Source: Cyanobacteria bacterium J06626_4 (GTDB taxonomy: Bacteria; Cyanobacteriota; Cyanobacteriia; Phormidesmidales; Phormidesmidaceae). Taken from it: a DNA stretch of 44,091 nt. Position 1 is the first letter of the stretch. Every line of letters starts with the position of its first letter. This document shows, one piece after another, positions 16,107 to 25,845 of the stretch. The position numbers and the translations under genes are program-made. The notes under the pieces are model-generated. The model saw nothing but the letters and a program-made list of their open reading frames with translations, did no database searches and had not been told where the DNA came from. The stretch spans positions 1-44,091 of the forward strand of contig JBCBJQ010000044.1 of the NCBI GenBank assembly GCA_038523235.1. Direction: 5' to 3'.

Positions 16107-16535
16107 ATGGCAGAGAGTTTCAGCCCACAGGAAAGAGCCTTTCTCGAAAAAGTGATGCAGCGTGCCAGCCTGCCTGACATTTACGATGCCCGCGATTTAA
16201 CCACCATTGTGTTTCGCACCATGCGAGACCTGATGACTACCGAGACGGATGAAAGCACCGAAGCCGCTTTTAAGGATGCTGACATTGCCGATCTCTGGCG
16301 CGATGACAATCCGATCGTGTCTTTTTTAAGTCGCTTTCGCCCCCCGCTGGAAATTGATGATGAGCTGTTTTTGCGTCGCATCAAGCAAGAAGGCGGGGTG
16401 CCGAAAAACGTGACGGCTGAGGCTGTCGTCGTCGCGGTATTCTCCGCCGCGAGAGAATCAATTTCCACCGAAAAAGCGAAGGAAATCGCCAAGACCCTGC
16501 CTGGTGGCTTACGGGTGATGTGGGAGCAGATCTAG
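16107..16535 (+). CDS. DUF2267 domain protein
   Basis: FLEKVMQRASLPDIYDARDLTTIVFRTMRD, FLRRIKQEGG, VVAVFSA and LPGGLRVMW; likely ATG at 16107. Confidence 0.8.
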   Translation: MAESFSPQERAFLEKVMQRASLPDIYDARDLTTIVFRTMRDLMTTETDESTEAAFKDADIADLWRDDNPIVSFLSRFRPPLEIDDELFLRRIKQEGGVPKNVTAEAVVVAVFSAARESISTEKAKEIAKTLPGGLRVMWEQI

Positions 16536-16548
16536 GCTCTTTCACCCA

Positions 16549-16668
16549 GAGTCATCCACAATAAAAATATCTCACCTGAAGAACCCGGTTTCTATGAAAA
16601 ACTGGTCGCAGATGGTTGACCGGTGCTCAGAAACCAGGTTCTTGCATCCGTTATTTCATGGAATACTC
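16549..16668. mobile_element. 120-bp MITE (copy 2)
   Basis: Gap-free hand alignment to 2422-2541 gives 96/120 identities; ends GAGTCATCCA...TGGAATACTC; flanks CCA/CAA. Confidence 0.8.
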
Positions 16669-17007
16669 CAATTTGCAGGGTCACGCCCAAATAAATTTCT
16701 GGAATAGACGATTGTGGGTGAAGGTGGGGCAGAGCCCAACTCCTGCGATCGCGACGCTATTTTTGGGGCCACTCTCTTGTCAGGGTTAGCAGCTGCCGGC
16801 TGCGCCGCGATCGCCCGTCACCTTCCATTGGCTAGAACTGCGACGTTTTCTATTGCGATCGCTTAGACTCCACATAGATTGCTGTGACGCTTGAGGTCGA
16901 ACGCACTTCAGGATCAGCGGCGACGGTTTGATTCGGCGATCGCCCTGAAGTTCATGTCGCGGCCAACTATTTCACAGCTTCATTCGGCCTAAAGGGGAAG
17001 ACATTCA

Positions 17008-17940
17008 TTGCTGGGCTTCGTTTTAGTACTGCTGTCTTCGATATTTTTCTGCGTTCAAAATGTCGTCGTGCGGATTTTGTTTGCAGAGCAAACCCTCGTG
17101 GGCGTCGGCGTCACCGGGGGCTTTGTAGCGCCGACGTTGCATAACTCGTTCTTTCTGCTGCTGCTGCGCATGGTGCTCGCGGTGCCGCTTATGGGCCTGT
17201 TGACCACACGGCTGCATCCGCCCATTTGGCGAGACGTGCGGCAGTTGGCGCACCCCACTCAGCGCCGGGCTCTGTGGCACGCCCTCGCGGGGGGCACGCT
17301 GATGTTTACTTATCTGGCGTTGCTGTACGTTGCGATCGGTCTGATTGCCACCGCGATCGCCCTTACCCTGTTTTTCACCTTTCCAATTTTTACGGCGCTG
17401 CTGTCCTGGCATTTTTTCGGCCAAAAGCCGAGCGCCATGCGGTGGGCCATCATCGGCGGCGTGCTGTTGGGTAGTCTGTTGACCATTCCCAGTGAGCAGT
17501 GGAGCGGCGGTGGCAGCACTTGGGGCGTGGTTCTAGGCATCACCAGCGGCGTCGCCTACGCCCTGTATACCGTCAATGCCCAAAAGAGCTTCGACTACCT
17601 GCATCCGCTCACCTATACCTGGGTGAGCTTTGCCATCACGCTGCTGCTGTCGGCCCTTTGTCTAATTATTTGGCCCCTCGCCAACACGCAAGATCTGGCC
17701 TGGCAGCCGATTTGGATTGCTAGCTTGATTTCGGGGGTGGTCACGTTTGCAGGGCATATGCTCTACAACTTGGGCATTAAATACGTCGGTGCCACCACTG
17801 CTGCCATGGTGGGATCGGCCAATCCAGCTTTGACGGTGGTGTTGGCGTGGGTTGCGATTCAAGAAATGCTGAACGCGGTGCAGCTCATCGGCGTGGGCAT
17901 CACAACGGTCAGCGTGTCGGCGTTGAGTCGGTTTAAGTGA
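17008..17940 (+). CDS. EamA/DMT family transporter
   Basis: About 10 TM helices in two repeats; TLFFTFPIFTALLSW and SANPALTVVLAW; TTG start. Confidence 0.9.
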   Translation: MLGFVLVLLSSIFFCVQNVVVRILFAEQTLVGVGVTGGFVAPTLHNSFFLLLLRMVLAVPLMGLLTTRLHPPIWRDVRQLAHPTQRRALWHALAGGTLMFTYLALLYVAIGLIATAIALTLFFTFPIFTALLSWHFFGQKPSAMRWAIIGGVLLGSLLTIPSEQWSGGGSTWGVVLGITSGVAYALYTVNAQKSFDYLHPLTYTWVSFAITLLLSALCLIIWPLANTQDLAWQPIWIASLISGVVTFAGHMLYNLGIKYVGATTAAMVGSANPALTVVLAWVAIQEMLNAVQLIGVGITTVSVSALSRFK

Positions 17941-17949
17941 TCGCTGAAG

Positions 17950-18010
17950 AGGCAAGCGGGAGCTGCCGGGCAGAGGGGCAGGGGAGCGACGGGGTAGAGG
18001 GTAGAGGGAG
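17950..18010. repeat. G-rich short tandem repeats (STRR-like)
   Basis: GGGCAGAG GGGCAGGG GAGCGACG GGGTAGA GGGTAGA GGGAGC; a C-rich counterpart occurs at 20963-21010. Confidence 0.55.
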
Positions 18011-18411
18011 CAAGAAGTGTGAAAAGCCGAGCACATCCCGGATTTATAAATTCATCAGTGCGTTTAGGGCGGACATCTTGCCTGCGATCAGAACTCGAAA
18101 TACAAAATTGGGATGCACTCAAAAAGCGAATGCTTCTGGATGTGGGTGCTGGCTCATGAGTGGACATGGGGCGAGCGGTAAACAACCCTGATGCTCTGAA
18201 ATAAGACGACAAATCTGGCCCTTCCGGCTCTCCAGCTCCTCCGCTTTCTTACGATGCCGAAATCCTAACCTTGAGAATCGCGGCTCCCCGGCCCCCTTCC
18301 GCGCAACTTTTCTGCGATCGCTCCGGCTGAATGTGCCCCCGTAGGCGATGATGGATGCTGACGAATTACCGCGGCCAACGATGTTCTTTCTGTCCGCCCG
18401 ATGTACCCGGC

Positions 18412-19380
18412 ATGGTTAAGCTCATCATTCAGATTCCCTGCTACAACGAAGAAGCCACCCTGGGGGTGACCCTGGCCGAACTGCCCCAGAGCCTGCCCGG
18501 CGTGGATTGTGTGGAATGGCTGATCATCGATGATGGCAGTCTTGATCGCACTGTGGAAGTGGCGCGAGCCTGTGGCGTCAAGCATGTGGTGCAGTTTCCC
18601 TACAACCAGGGGTTGGCGAAGGCATTTATGGCAGGGGTTGAAGCCTCAGTCAGAGCGGGAGCCGATATCATCGTCAACACCGATGCCGACAATCAGTATT
18701 GCGCGGCCGATATTCCTAAGCTGATTGTCCCCATTCTGCAGGGGGAGGCTGACATGGTGTTGGGCGCGCGCCCAATCAACGACATTCCTCACTTTTCACC
18801 GTTGAAAAAACGGCTGCAGGGCTTCGGCAGCTGGGTCGTGCGGCTTGCCAGCAACACCCAAATTCCCGACGCGCCCAGCGGCTTTCGGGCCTTTAGTCGC
18901 GAGGCGGCGCTCAAATTCAACGTCTTTAACGAATACACCTACACCCTCGAAACGATTATTCAGGCCGGCCAGCGCGGTATGAAGGTCGAGTCAGTGCCCG
19001 TGCGCACCAACGGCTATCTGCGCCCCTCGCGATTGGTCAAAAGCATTCCGTCCTATGTGCAGCGATCGCTCTTTACCATCCTGCGCATTTTTATGACCTA
19101 CCGCCCGCTGCGGTTTTTCCTCTTTGCGGGCTCGGTGCCCTTTAGTTTCGGCTTTTTGCTTGGCGTGCGCTGGCTCATTTTGTATTTTGGCGGCACGCCG
19201 CGCTCCCACGTGCCAAGCCTGATTTTGGCCGCCATCTTGATGCTGATTGGCTTTCAACTGTGGATTTTGGGTTTAGTGGCCGACCTGCTGGCGGTGAACC
19301 GCAAAATTCTGGAAGACAACCAGCTGCACTTTCGTCGTCTGAACTGGACTCAGCCCCAGCGCCCCTCTCATGAGCCGTAA
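18412..19380 (+). CDS. GT2 family glycosyltransferase (polyprenol-phosphate glycosyltransferase-like, two C-terminal TMs)
   Basis: IPCYNEE, IIDDGSLDRT, DADNQY (DxD), DAPSGFRAFSR and two C-terminal TM helices; ATG at 18412. Confidence 0.92.
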   Translation: MVKLIIQIPCYNEEATLGVTLAELPQSLPGVDCVEWLIIDDGSLDRTVEVARACGVKHVVQFPYNQGLAKAFMAGVEASVRAGADIIVNTDADNQYCAADIPKLIVPILQGEADMVLGARPINDIPHFSPLKKRLQGFGSWVVRLASNTQIPDAPSGFRAFSREAALKFNVFNEYTYTLETIIQAGQRGMKVESVPVRTNGYLRPSRLVKSIPSYVQRSLFTILRIFMTYRPLRFFLFAGSVPFSFGFLLGVRWLILYFGGTPRSHVPSLILAAILMLIGFQLWILGLVADLLAVNRKILEDNQLHFRRLNWTQPQRPSHEP

Positions 19381-20962
19381 TCTGTTTGCCCAATCGGCCC
19401 TGGCCGAAATTCCCAAGATTCTGACCCTGATGGATCGCAATCGCCACAGCCCTACCTATGGCTGCGGCGATCGCAACTTCTGGCAATACAAAATCATCGA
19501 CTTTCCCAGCGGCATGTCGCAGGAATTTGCCTTGCCGCTGGCCCTGGCCTACCACCTCGATCTGCCCGACAATCCTTTTTATCAGCAGCCCGCCATGCGC
19601 GATTGGGCGATCGCGGCCATGCACTACGCGGCGACCAGTGCCCATAGCGACGGGGCCTGTGATGACTACTTTCCCTTTGAGCGAGCCAGCGGCGCGGCGG
19701 CCTTTTCACTCTATGCGTTTTTAGAAAGCTATCGGCTGCTGGGGCTGCAGGACGAGGGACTGCTGCGCTTTTTTGACCAGCGGGCCACCTGGCTGGCCGA
19801 GCATCGCGAAAGCGGCCAGCTCGCCAATCACGAAGCGCTGATCGTGCTGTGTCTACAGCTGCTGGGTGACCTGCAGCAAACGACCCGCTGGCAGCAACAG
19901 CAGGCTCAGCGGCTAGAGCGTCTGTTGAGCTGGCAAAGCCCCGAAGGGTGGTTTCAAGAATACGGCGGGTTTGATCCGGGCTATCACACCCTGACGATTT
20001 CCTGCCTGGCCCGGCTGCAGTCGCTGCAGCCCCGCGATGATGTGCGCAAAATTCTGATTCAGGCGGTGGATCTAGCGGCGCAGTTCGTGCATCCCGACGG
20101 CTCCTTTGGCGGCGAGTATGGCAGCCGCAATACCTACAACTTCTTTCCTCACGGGTTTGAGCTGATGGGGCAGTGGTATCCCCCGGCCCTCAGCGTGAAT
20201 GATGCCTTTCTCGCTGGCTTGGCGCGCGGTAAGCAGCCCTGCTACGCCGATGACCACATTGTTGGCCACCACGTGTGGAACTATTTGCTGGCCTGGCAGG
20301 ATTTTGTCCGCGATCGCCCCCTGCCCTCACCGCGCCCGACTGGCCAGTTCTGGCTAAAGCAGGCGGGCATTTTGATCGATCGCCGCGCCGACACCGAACT
20401 GTACATTGCCCTGAATAAGGGTGGCGTATTCAAGCTGTTTCGTCAGGGTGAACTGGTGCTGTCTGATACCCAGCTATCGGTGCAGGTGCGCCAGGGCGGC
20501 CAGGTTAAAAACGCGGTCGGTCATCTGCTGGCCGACTATGAGTTTGAAGTGGAGGCAGCGCAGATCATGATTCGCGGGCAGATGGGCTGGGCCAAACAAA
20601 CCCAAATGACGCCGTTGAAGCTGCTGGTGCTGCGATTCGTTAACCTGACGCTGGGGCGCTTTTCGCCCAATCTCGTGCGCAGTCTCTTGCAAAAGGTGCT
20701 GATCACTGGCAAGCAGCAAGCGCCTCTGCAATTTTTACGGCAGCTCACCTGGCAGGAGGGCCAGTGGCGAGTTACTGATGAGCTGAGAGCTGAGAGCTGG
20801 CCCGCCGTAGAATCAGTCGGCATCAGCGGTCACCAAACCTCGATCTATGTAGTGGTGAGTCGGGTCTTTCAAGTCGGTCAGCTGCAGCCCTGGCTCGATG
20901 TTAGCGATCGCCTGCCCAGCCTAGCTCCCGGTCAACCCCTAACCATTCACCGTACCCTCTAG
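19370..20962 (+). CDS. Hypothetical protein, predicted alpha/alpha-toroid sugar-acting enzyme
   Basis: Helical repeats with GQLANHEA, QSPEGWFQEYGGFDPGYHT and HPDGSFGGEYGSR, then a beta-rich C-terminus; overlaps the GT2 stop. Confidence 0.6.
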   Translation: MSRNLFAQSALAEIPKILTLMDRNRHSPTYGCGDRNFWQYKIIDFPSGMSQEFALPLALAYHLDLPDNPFYQQPAMRDWAIAAMHYAATSAHSDGACDDYFPFERASGAAAFSLYAFLESYRLLGLQDEGLLRFFDQRATWLAEHRESGQLANHEALIVLCLQLLGDLQQTTRWQQQQAQRLERLLSWQSPEGWFQEYGGFDPGYHTLTISCLARLQSLQPRDDVRKILIQAVDLAAQFVHPDGSFGGEYGSRNTYNFFPHGFELMGQWYPPALSVNDAFLAGLARGKQPCYADDHIVGHHVWNYLLAWQDFVRDRPLPSPRPTGQFWLKQAGILIDRRADTELYIALNKGGVFKLFRQGELVLSDTQLSVQVRQGGQVKNAVGHLLADYEFEVEAAQIMIRGQMGWAKQTQMTPLKLLVLRFVNLTLGRFSPNLVRSLLQKVLITGKQQAPLQFLRQLTWQEGQWRVTDELRAESWPAVESVGISGHQTSIYVVVSRVFQVGQLQPWLDVSDRLPSLAPGQPLTIHRTL

Positions 20963-21010
20963 CCCTCCACCCTCCCTCCCCCAAACCCTCTACCCTCCAC
21001 TCCCTCCCCC

Positions 21011-21967
21011 ATGAAACGCCTGATTTCCATCGCCGTTAGCCTCGTAATTCTGGTCATTCTCTATTGGAAAATTGAGTTCGAGAGTTTGATCGCGGTTTTC
21101 AGAACCGCCAACGGCTTTTGGATGGTGGTCAGCCTGGGCATGGTGGTGCCGATTACGCTGCTGACCGCCCAACGCCTGCAGTTTTTGATGCCGCCTCAAA
21201 GTACGCTGACCCGCTGGGAGGCCAATAAGCTGATTTTGGCGGCGAGTTCCCTCAATATGGTACTGCCGTCTAAGGCCGGGGACATTGCCAAAGCCTATTT
21301 CATGCGCGATCGCGGTCATCTCAGCGGCTCTCTGGCACTGTCGCTCGTGGTGTTTGAAAAAGCCTGTGACATGCTATCGTTGCTGCTCTGGTGTTTGCTG
21401 GGTCTAGGGCTGTATCCGCAAAAAGACGCCTTCTTTTGGCTGATGGGGCTGGGCATTTTTGGCGGACTGGCGATCGGTATTGCACTCTTGGCCTCGACCC
21501 GATTCGCCGATCTGTTCTTTCAACTGGGTCAGATTATTGCGCCGAAAAAGCTCAAGCTCCGGTTCAAGCAGCTGCAGGTAGCCTGGGCCGAAATGCACGA
21601 TTATTTTTGGCGCGATCGCCTCCAGCTGCTAAAAGTTACCGGCAGCTCTGTCTTCATCTGGCTGCTACACCTGCTGCAAATCTGGTTTTTTATTCTGGCG
21701 TTGAATGCCTGGGTGCCGTTTTTGACCAATTTGGCCCTGTCGCCCCTAGCCATTCTCGCCGGGCTGCTGCCCCTTACCTTTGCTGGGGTCGGCACGCGCG
21801 ATGCGGCGCTGGTCTTTTTCTATGCCCCCTATTTTGATGCGGCAACGGGGGCGGCGCTGGGCCTGTTGTGTACCTCGCGGTACTTTCTGCCCGCGATCGG
21901 TGGCCTGCCCTTTCTGGAAGGCTATATGCGATCGGCCAGCTGGAACCCCAAAAAAGGCGACCTATAG
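21011..21967 (+). CDS. Lysylphosphatidylglycerol-synthase TM / flippase-like membrane protein (UPF0104 type)
   Basis: Motifs LNMVLPSKAGDIAKAY, LVVFEKACD and LPLTFAGVGTRDAA; about 8 TMs. Confidence 0.85.
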   Translation: MKRLISIAVSLVILVILYWKIEFESLIAVFRTANGFWMVVSLGMVVPITLLTAQRLQFLMPPQSTLTRWEANKLILAASSLNMVLPSKAGDIAKAYFMRDRGHLSGSLALSLVVFEKACDMLSLLLWCLLGLGLYPQKDAFFWLMGLGIFGGLAIGIALLASTRFADLFFQLGQIIAPKKLKLRFKQLQVAWAEMHDYFWRDRLQLLKVTGSSVFIWLLHLLQIWFFILALNAWVPFLTNLALSPLAILAGLLPLTFAGVGTRDAALVFFYAPYFDAATGAALGLLCTSRYFLPAIGGLPFLEGYMRSASWNPKKGDL

Positions 21968-22042
21968 CGGCTATGGTGGAAAGCTCAGTCCGCTGACAAT
22001 CGGTTTTGAAACCAAGACCATCATGAAAACAATCGTTTTAGC

Positions 22043-22155
22043 ACCTCACCTAGCTTCTCCTCAGCCCTTCGGGCAGGTTTTGCGAAAAGTCATGGGAGGA
22101 ACCGGAATGTTTTCAACCTCTCCTTAGCAAGGAGAGGTGCCGCAGGCGGTGAGGT
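22043..22155 (-). repeat. Solo REP-doublet element (same family as 2605/3190/3335), reverse orientation, with loop insert
   Basis: Reverse complement reads ACCTCACC-GCCTGCGGCA-CCTCTCCTT-gct-AAGGAGAGG-TT..TTCCGGTTCCTCC..AGGAGAAG-CTA-GGTGAGGT. Confidence 0.88.
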
Positions 22156-22199
22156 GCAAGCCGCGGTGAAAACTCCAGCCCTAAATCTGGATGAGGTTT

Positions 22200-23993
22200 A
22201 TGTCTCAGACCCCGGCCCCGCCGCCAGCCCATCTATTTGAATATCTGACGGGAATCGCTCGCCGCAGTCAATGGGTTTGGTTTGGGGTAAGTTTGGCGAT
22301 CGCGGCGCTGTATGGGGTGCTGGCGCTGCAGCAAGCTTTTGCGGGCGAGTATATGGTGCAAGATGATGCGCGACAGCACATTTTTTGGATGCAGCGATTT
22401 GTTGATCCCACGCTGTTTCCTCAGGATCTGATTGCCGATTATTTTGAGGGTGTCGCGCCCTTGGGTTACCGGTGGCTATACCAGCTCGGGGCTGGGCTGG
22501 GCGTCCATCCGTTCACCCTGGGTAAAGTCCTGCCCTTTTTTCTCAGTCTGATCACTGTCAGCTATGCCTACTGGATCGTGATCGAGCTGTTTTCGCTGCC
22601 GTTGGCGGGCTTCATCTCATCCGTCAGCCTGAGTCAAAGCCTGTGGTATTCCAGCGAGCATGCCTCAGCCACGCCGAGGGCGTTTTTATATCCGCTGCTG
22701 TTTGCCTTTCTCTATTACCTGATTCGCGAAAAGCCGCTGCTCTATTTGCTGTGTTTGGGACTGCAGGCGCTGTTTTATCCGCAAATTGCCTTGATTTCCC
22801 TTGGGGTGCTGGCGCTGCGACTACTACAGTGGCAGGCAGGCAAGCTCTCCCTGTTGCGGCGCTGGCAACCCTATGTGCTGTTTACGGTGGGTTTCGCTGG
22901 CGTGGCGGGCTTGCTGTTGTGGACGCGGGGACAGGCAGACTTTGGCGCGGTGATTAGTCGGGCCGAGGCGATCGCGATGGCGGAATTTCAGCCGGGGGGG
23001 CGCAATGCCTTTTTTCGATCAGGGATTGACTATTGGCTGCAGGGACGCAGCGGCCTGTTTCACGAGCGGGGCTTTACCCCTGCCACCATCATTGCTGGAT
23101 TCACCCTGCCGCTGCTGCTGGTGCTGCCGATCAAGAGTCGCTGGCGGGCTTTGGTGAATCGCAAAAGTGATGTGTTGCTGCAGTTGCTGATCGCGTCGCT
23201 GGGCTTGTTTGCGCTGTCGCATCTGCTGCTGTTTCAACTGCATCTGCCGAGCCGCTATAGCAGTCACACCATCCGCGCGATCGCGGCCCTCACCATGGGC
23301 ATCAGCTGGGTGATCATTGTGGATGATGTGGCCAGGGTGCTGGCAGCACTGTGGGCTAAACTGCGCCCGCCGCCCGGTTGGGGCGTCTTACCCCGCAGTC
23401 GTCAGCGATCGCTCTTTACCGTTCTGATCGGCCTGCTATTCGTGCTGCTTCTGGGATATCCGCTGTTCTTTTTCCCACGCTTTCCCAAGGTGGGATACTA
23501 CGACTTTTCGCCCAATCGCCTGGTCTATGAGTATTTTGCGGCGCAGCCGGTGGATAGCGTCATCGCGTCGCTCTCGACGGAGGCGAGCAATCTGCCGATG
23601 CTAGCAGCACGAACGGTGCTGGTGTCACCCGAACATGCGATCGCCTATCACCAGGGCTATTATGGCGAGTTTCGGCAGCGCGTCGAGCGTCTGATCGAGG
23701 CGCAATACACGACTGATCCGGATGTTTTGTTGGGGACGATCGCGGCCTACGACATCAACTTTTGGTTGCTTGATCGCACTGCTTTTCAGCCAGATATTGT
23801 GGCGAACAGTTCTTGGCTGCAGCAGTATGAACCGATCACTAGCACCGCTGTGCAGCCTTTGGTTCAGGGGGCAGCGCCGATTATGCAGCAGTCCACTGCT
23901 GTCTGCACCACGTTTGAAACGGCAACGCTGATTGTGTTGGCAGCGGACTGTGTGGCTGATTGGGTTGAGGAGGCTCGCGATCGTCTTTTCTAA
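22200..23993 (+). CDS. Multi-TM membrane protein, probable GT-C-fold glycosyltransferase
   Basis: Acidic DD in the first extracytoplasmic loop (VQDDARQH), about 11 TMs, LPSRY motif and a soluble C-terminal domain; lies in a glycosylation cluster. Confidence 0.65.
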   Translation: MSQTPAPPPAHLFEYLTGIARRSQWVWFGVSLAIAALYGVLALQQAFAGEYMVQDDARQHIFWMQRFVDPTLFPQDLIADYFEGVAPLGYRWLYQLGAGLGVHPFTLGKVLPFFLSLITVSYAYWIVIELFSLPLAGFISSVSLSQSLWYSSEHASATPRAFLYPLLFAFLYYLIREKPLLYLLCLGLQALFYPQIALISLGVLALRLLQWQAGKLSLLRRWQPYVLFTVGFAGVAGLLLWTRGQADFGAVISRAEAIAMAEFQPGGRNAFFRSGIDYWLQGRSGLFHERGFTPATIIAGFTLPLLLVLPIKSRWRALVNRKSDVLLQLLIASLGLFALSHLLLFQLHLPSRYSSHTIRAIAALTMGISWVIIVDDVARVLAALWAKLRPPPGWGVLPRSRQRSLFTVLIGLLFVLLLGYPLFFFPRFPKVGYYDFSPNRLVYEYFAAQPVDSVIASLSTEASNLPMLAARTVLVSPEHAIAYHQGYYGEFRQRVERLIEAQYTTDPDVLLGTIAAYDINFWLLDRTAFQPDIVANSSWLQQYEPITSTAVQPLVQGAAPIMQQSTAVCTTFETATLIVLAADCVADWVEEARDRLF

Positions 23994-24093
23994 ACAGGGG
24001 TGTGAGCGTCGGAGCAATGTAGCGCTAGTGGGGAGCTGCGATCTCCAGGCTTGTCATTTGTGATAAAACCCTATCGCACTCTGACCCGAATCT

Positions 24094-24255
24094 GCTACAT
24101 CCTAAGATCTGGATAATACGCAGAAAGTTTCTCACGATCTTAGCTGTTAGAGTAGACATTCCGATAGTTTAGGTATGTCCACCTTCGTGGGAGTGAGAAA
24201 TCTAAACTATCTATCCACTTAATATTGTTATGCGGCTAACTCTATTAAGTGAGGA
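24094..24255 (+). other. Cluster of degenerate attC-like sites
   Basis: CTAAGATC/GATCTTAG IR ending in GTTAGAG (24146); GATAGTTTAG/CTAAACTATC IR followed by TCCACTTAATATT-GTTATGC (24227), then directly GGCTAAC-TCTATTAAGTG. Confidence 0.5.
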
Positions 24256-24371
24256 CCGTTACGCAAAGCTTTTCCACCAGTATTCAAAGTCAAACTGCCT
24301 TGAAATGATCGACAGAGTTATTTCGGATAATCAGAGTACTTTCCATTGTATCTTATAGTGAAAATTGCTGT

Positions 24372-24914
24372 ATGAATAGCCAGACCAAAACCTTTCAAAC
24401 AGTTTATGAAGCTTACCAGCTTCTTCGAGAATTGGGAGCATCGTCGAAATTACTGCTTCACGTCAAGTTAGTTGGAGAAGCAGCTGAGTTGTTGATCTTA
24501 AAGCTGCATGACTTACAGATACAGTTCGACGAAAACTTTTTCCGTTTGGGGGTTGCATTTCATGATGCAGGTAAGATCCTTCATCCAAGGGAGTTGATTG
24601 CTAAAGGCAACAATCACGAAGCCGATGGTGAAACGCTGCTAATTACTCACGGAGTTGATCCAAAAATTGCTCGATGTTGTCGCTCTCATGGTCAATGGAA
24701 AACAATGGAATGTTCTTTTGAGGAGATTTGTGTCGCTTTAGCTGACACGCTTTGGAAAGGTAAGCGAAACTCTCAATTAGAAGACTTATTTATTCAGATA
24801 TTAGTAGCACGACACAATAAAGATTATTGGGAGCTTTTTGTTGAAATGGACTCCTGTTTTGAAGCGATTGCTTCAGATGGTGATTCCAGACTGCTGCGTA
24901 GTGAAGCCGCATAA
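24372..24914 (+). CDS. HD domain protein (putative metal-dependent phosphohydrolase)
   Basis: H..LV.E, FHDAGK, HEADGE, SHGQW and ALADTLWKG; low GC. Confidence 0.85.
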   Translation: MNSQTKTFQTVYEAYQLLRELGASSKLLLHVKLVGEAAELLILKLHDLQIQFDENFFRLGVAFHDAGKILHPRELIAKGNNHEADGETLLITHGVDPKIARCCRSHGQWKTMECSFEEICVALADTLWKGKRNSQLEDLFIQILVARHNKDYWELFVEMDSCFEAIASDGDSRLLRSEAA

Positions 24915-24989
24915 CAATTCCAATGCACATCAACCTTCAACAAGTCATCGGTTGAGTACTATAGGACTATGTACGGAGGTGATCGGGAA
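24909..24989 (+). other. attC-like site, right core site eroded
   Basis: Stop codon embedded in GCATAAC (inverse-core-like), then AATTCCAATGCAC ... GGTGATCGGGAA. Confidence 0.5.
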
Positions 24990-24997
24990 TCAAATTG

Positions 24998-25474
24998 ATG
25001 GCTGAGATTGACAACGTATTTCGCGAGTTCGCGGCGGCATTCGCTGGCGCTTTTAAGGATACAAATCTAATTTGCTTTCCCGAAAAGCTAGATCGCTCCG
25101 AACTCGATCTCTCGCATGACAGTCTCAAGATTGTTGACAACTACCTCCTTTATTTACACCGCCACAAAGAACAACTCGACGTCACCGAATGGGATAGTAC
25201 GGTACTCTACGGAGGGGCATATGTCGGTGAGGTCATTCGCGAAGCAACCAAAAATTACTTCTATTGGATTGACTACGACGATTACATGCTTGACCATCCA
25301 GACCTGCAGGTAACAATCCCGGAGCGGACAACAGCGACTTGTGCCTTTCTCGTTGACGACAGTGGTGGAATTTCAATGCCGCTTAACAAGATTGCTCGCT
25401 TTATTGAAGACGGCGAAGAAAACAGTGTACATTTCTTTGCTCATTGCGACATCCAGCACGCACGAGACGCATGA
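24998..25474 (+). CDS. Hypothetical protein (cassette-like; possible immunity-type protein)
   Basis: 158-aa ORF with LDLSHDSLKIVDNYL, GAYVGEVI and P.NKIARF; low GC. Confidence 0.7.
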   Translation: MAEIDNVFREFAAAFAGAFKDTNLICFPEKLDRSELDLSHDSLKIVDNYLLYLHRHKEQLDVTEWDSTVLYGGAYVGEVIREATKNYFYWIDYDDYMLDHPDLQVTIPERTTATCAFLVDDSGGISMPLNKIARFIEDGEENSVHFFAHCDIQHARDA

Positions 25475-25557
25475 CAAATAAATACCCCGGAACGCGGATG
25501 TCTGGCCAATTTTAATGAGAGTTGCTGGTTCGCATCCAGTTGTTTGAAGTGTTAACT
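25469..25557 (+). other. attC-like site
   Basis: Stop embedded in GCATGAC, then AAATAAATACCCCGGAACGCG ... CGCATCCAGTTGTTTG-AAGT-GTTAACT, 9 nt before the next ATG. Confidence 0.55.
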
Positions 25558-25566
25558 ATTAAAGTC

Positions 25567-25845
25567 ATGCCCAGATCTATTGTTGTTGGCAATGTTTATG
25601 AGGGCATTGTGACTCGGATAAAACCTTATGGTCTCTTCGTTGAAGTTGATGGGGTCCCTGGACTGATTCGCATACCGGAGATCTCATTAGAACCGATTGA
25701 AGATATCTTCAAAGTCGCGGAAATTGGTAAACGAGTTCGCTTTCAAGTGCTTAATCTTAATGACCCAGTGCAACGTCCACATGAGCAATTCAACGGTTCA
25801 ATGAAAATTCTTCTATATAGGCAAAATGGTGAGACTGAAGTTTAG
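25567..25845 (+). CDS. Stand-alone S1 RNA-binding domain protein
   Basis: VGNVYEGIVTRIKPYGLFVEVDGVPGLIRIPEIS...IGKRVRFQVL; ATG at 25567. Confidence 0.85.
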   Translation: MPRSIVVGNVYEGIVTRIKPYGLFVEVDGVPGLIRIPEISLEPIEDIFKVAEIGKRVRFQVLNLNDPVQRPHEQFNGSMKILLYRQNGETEV

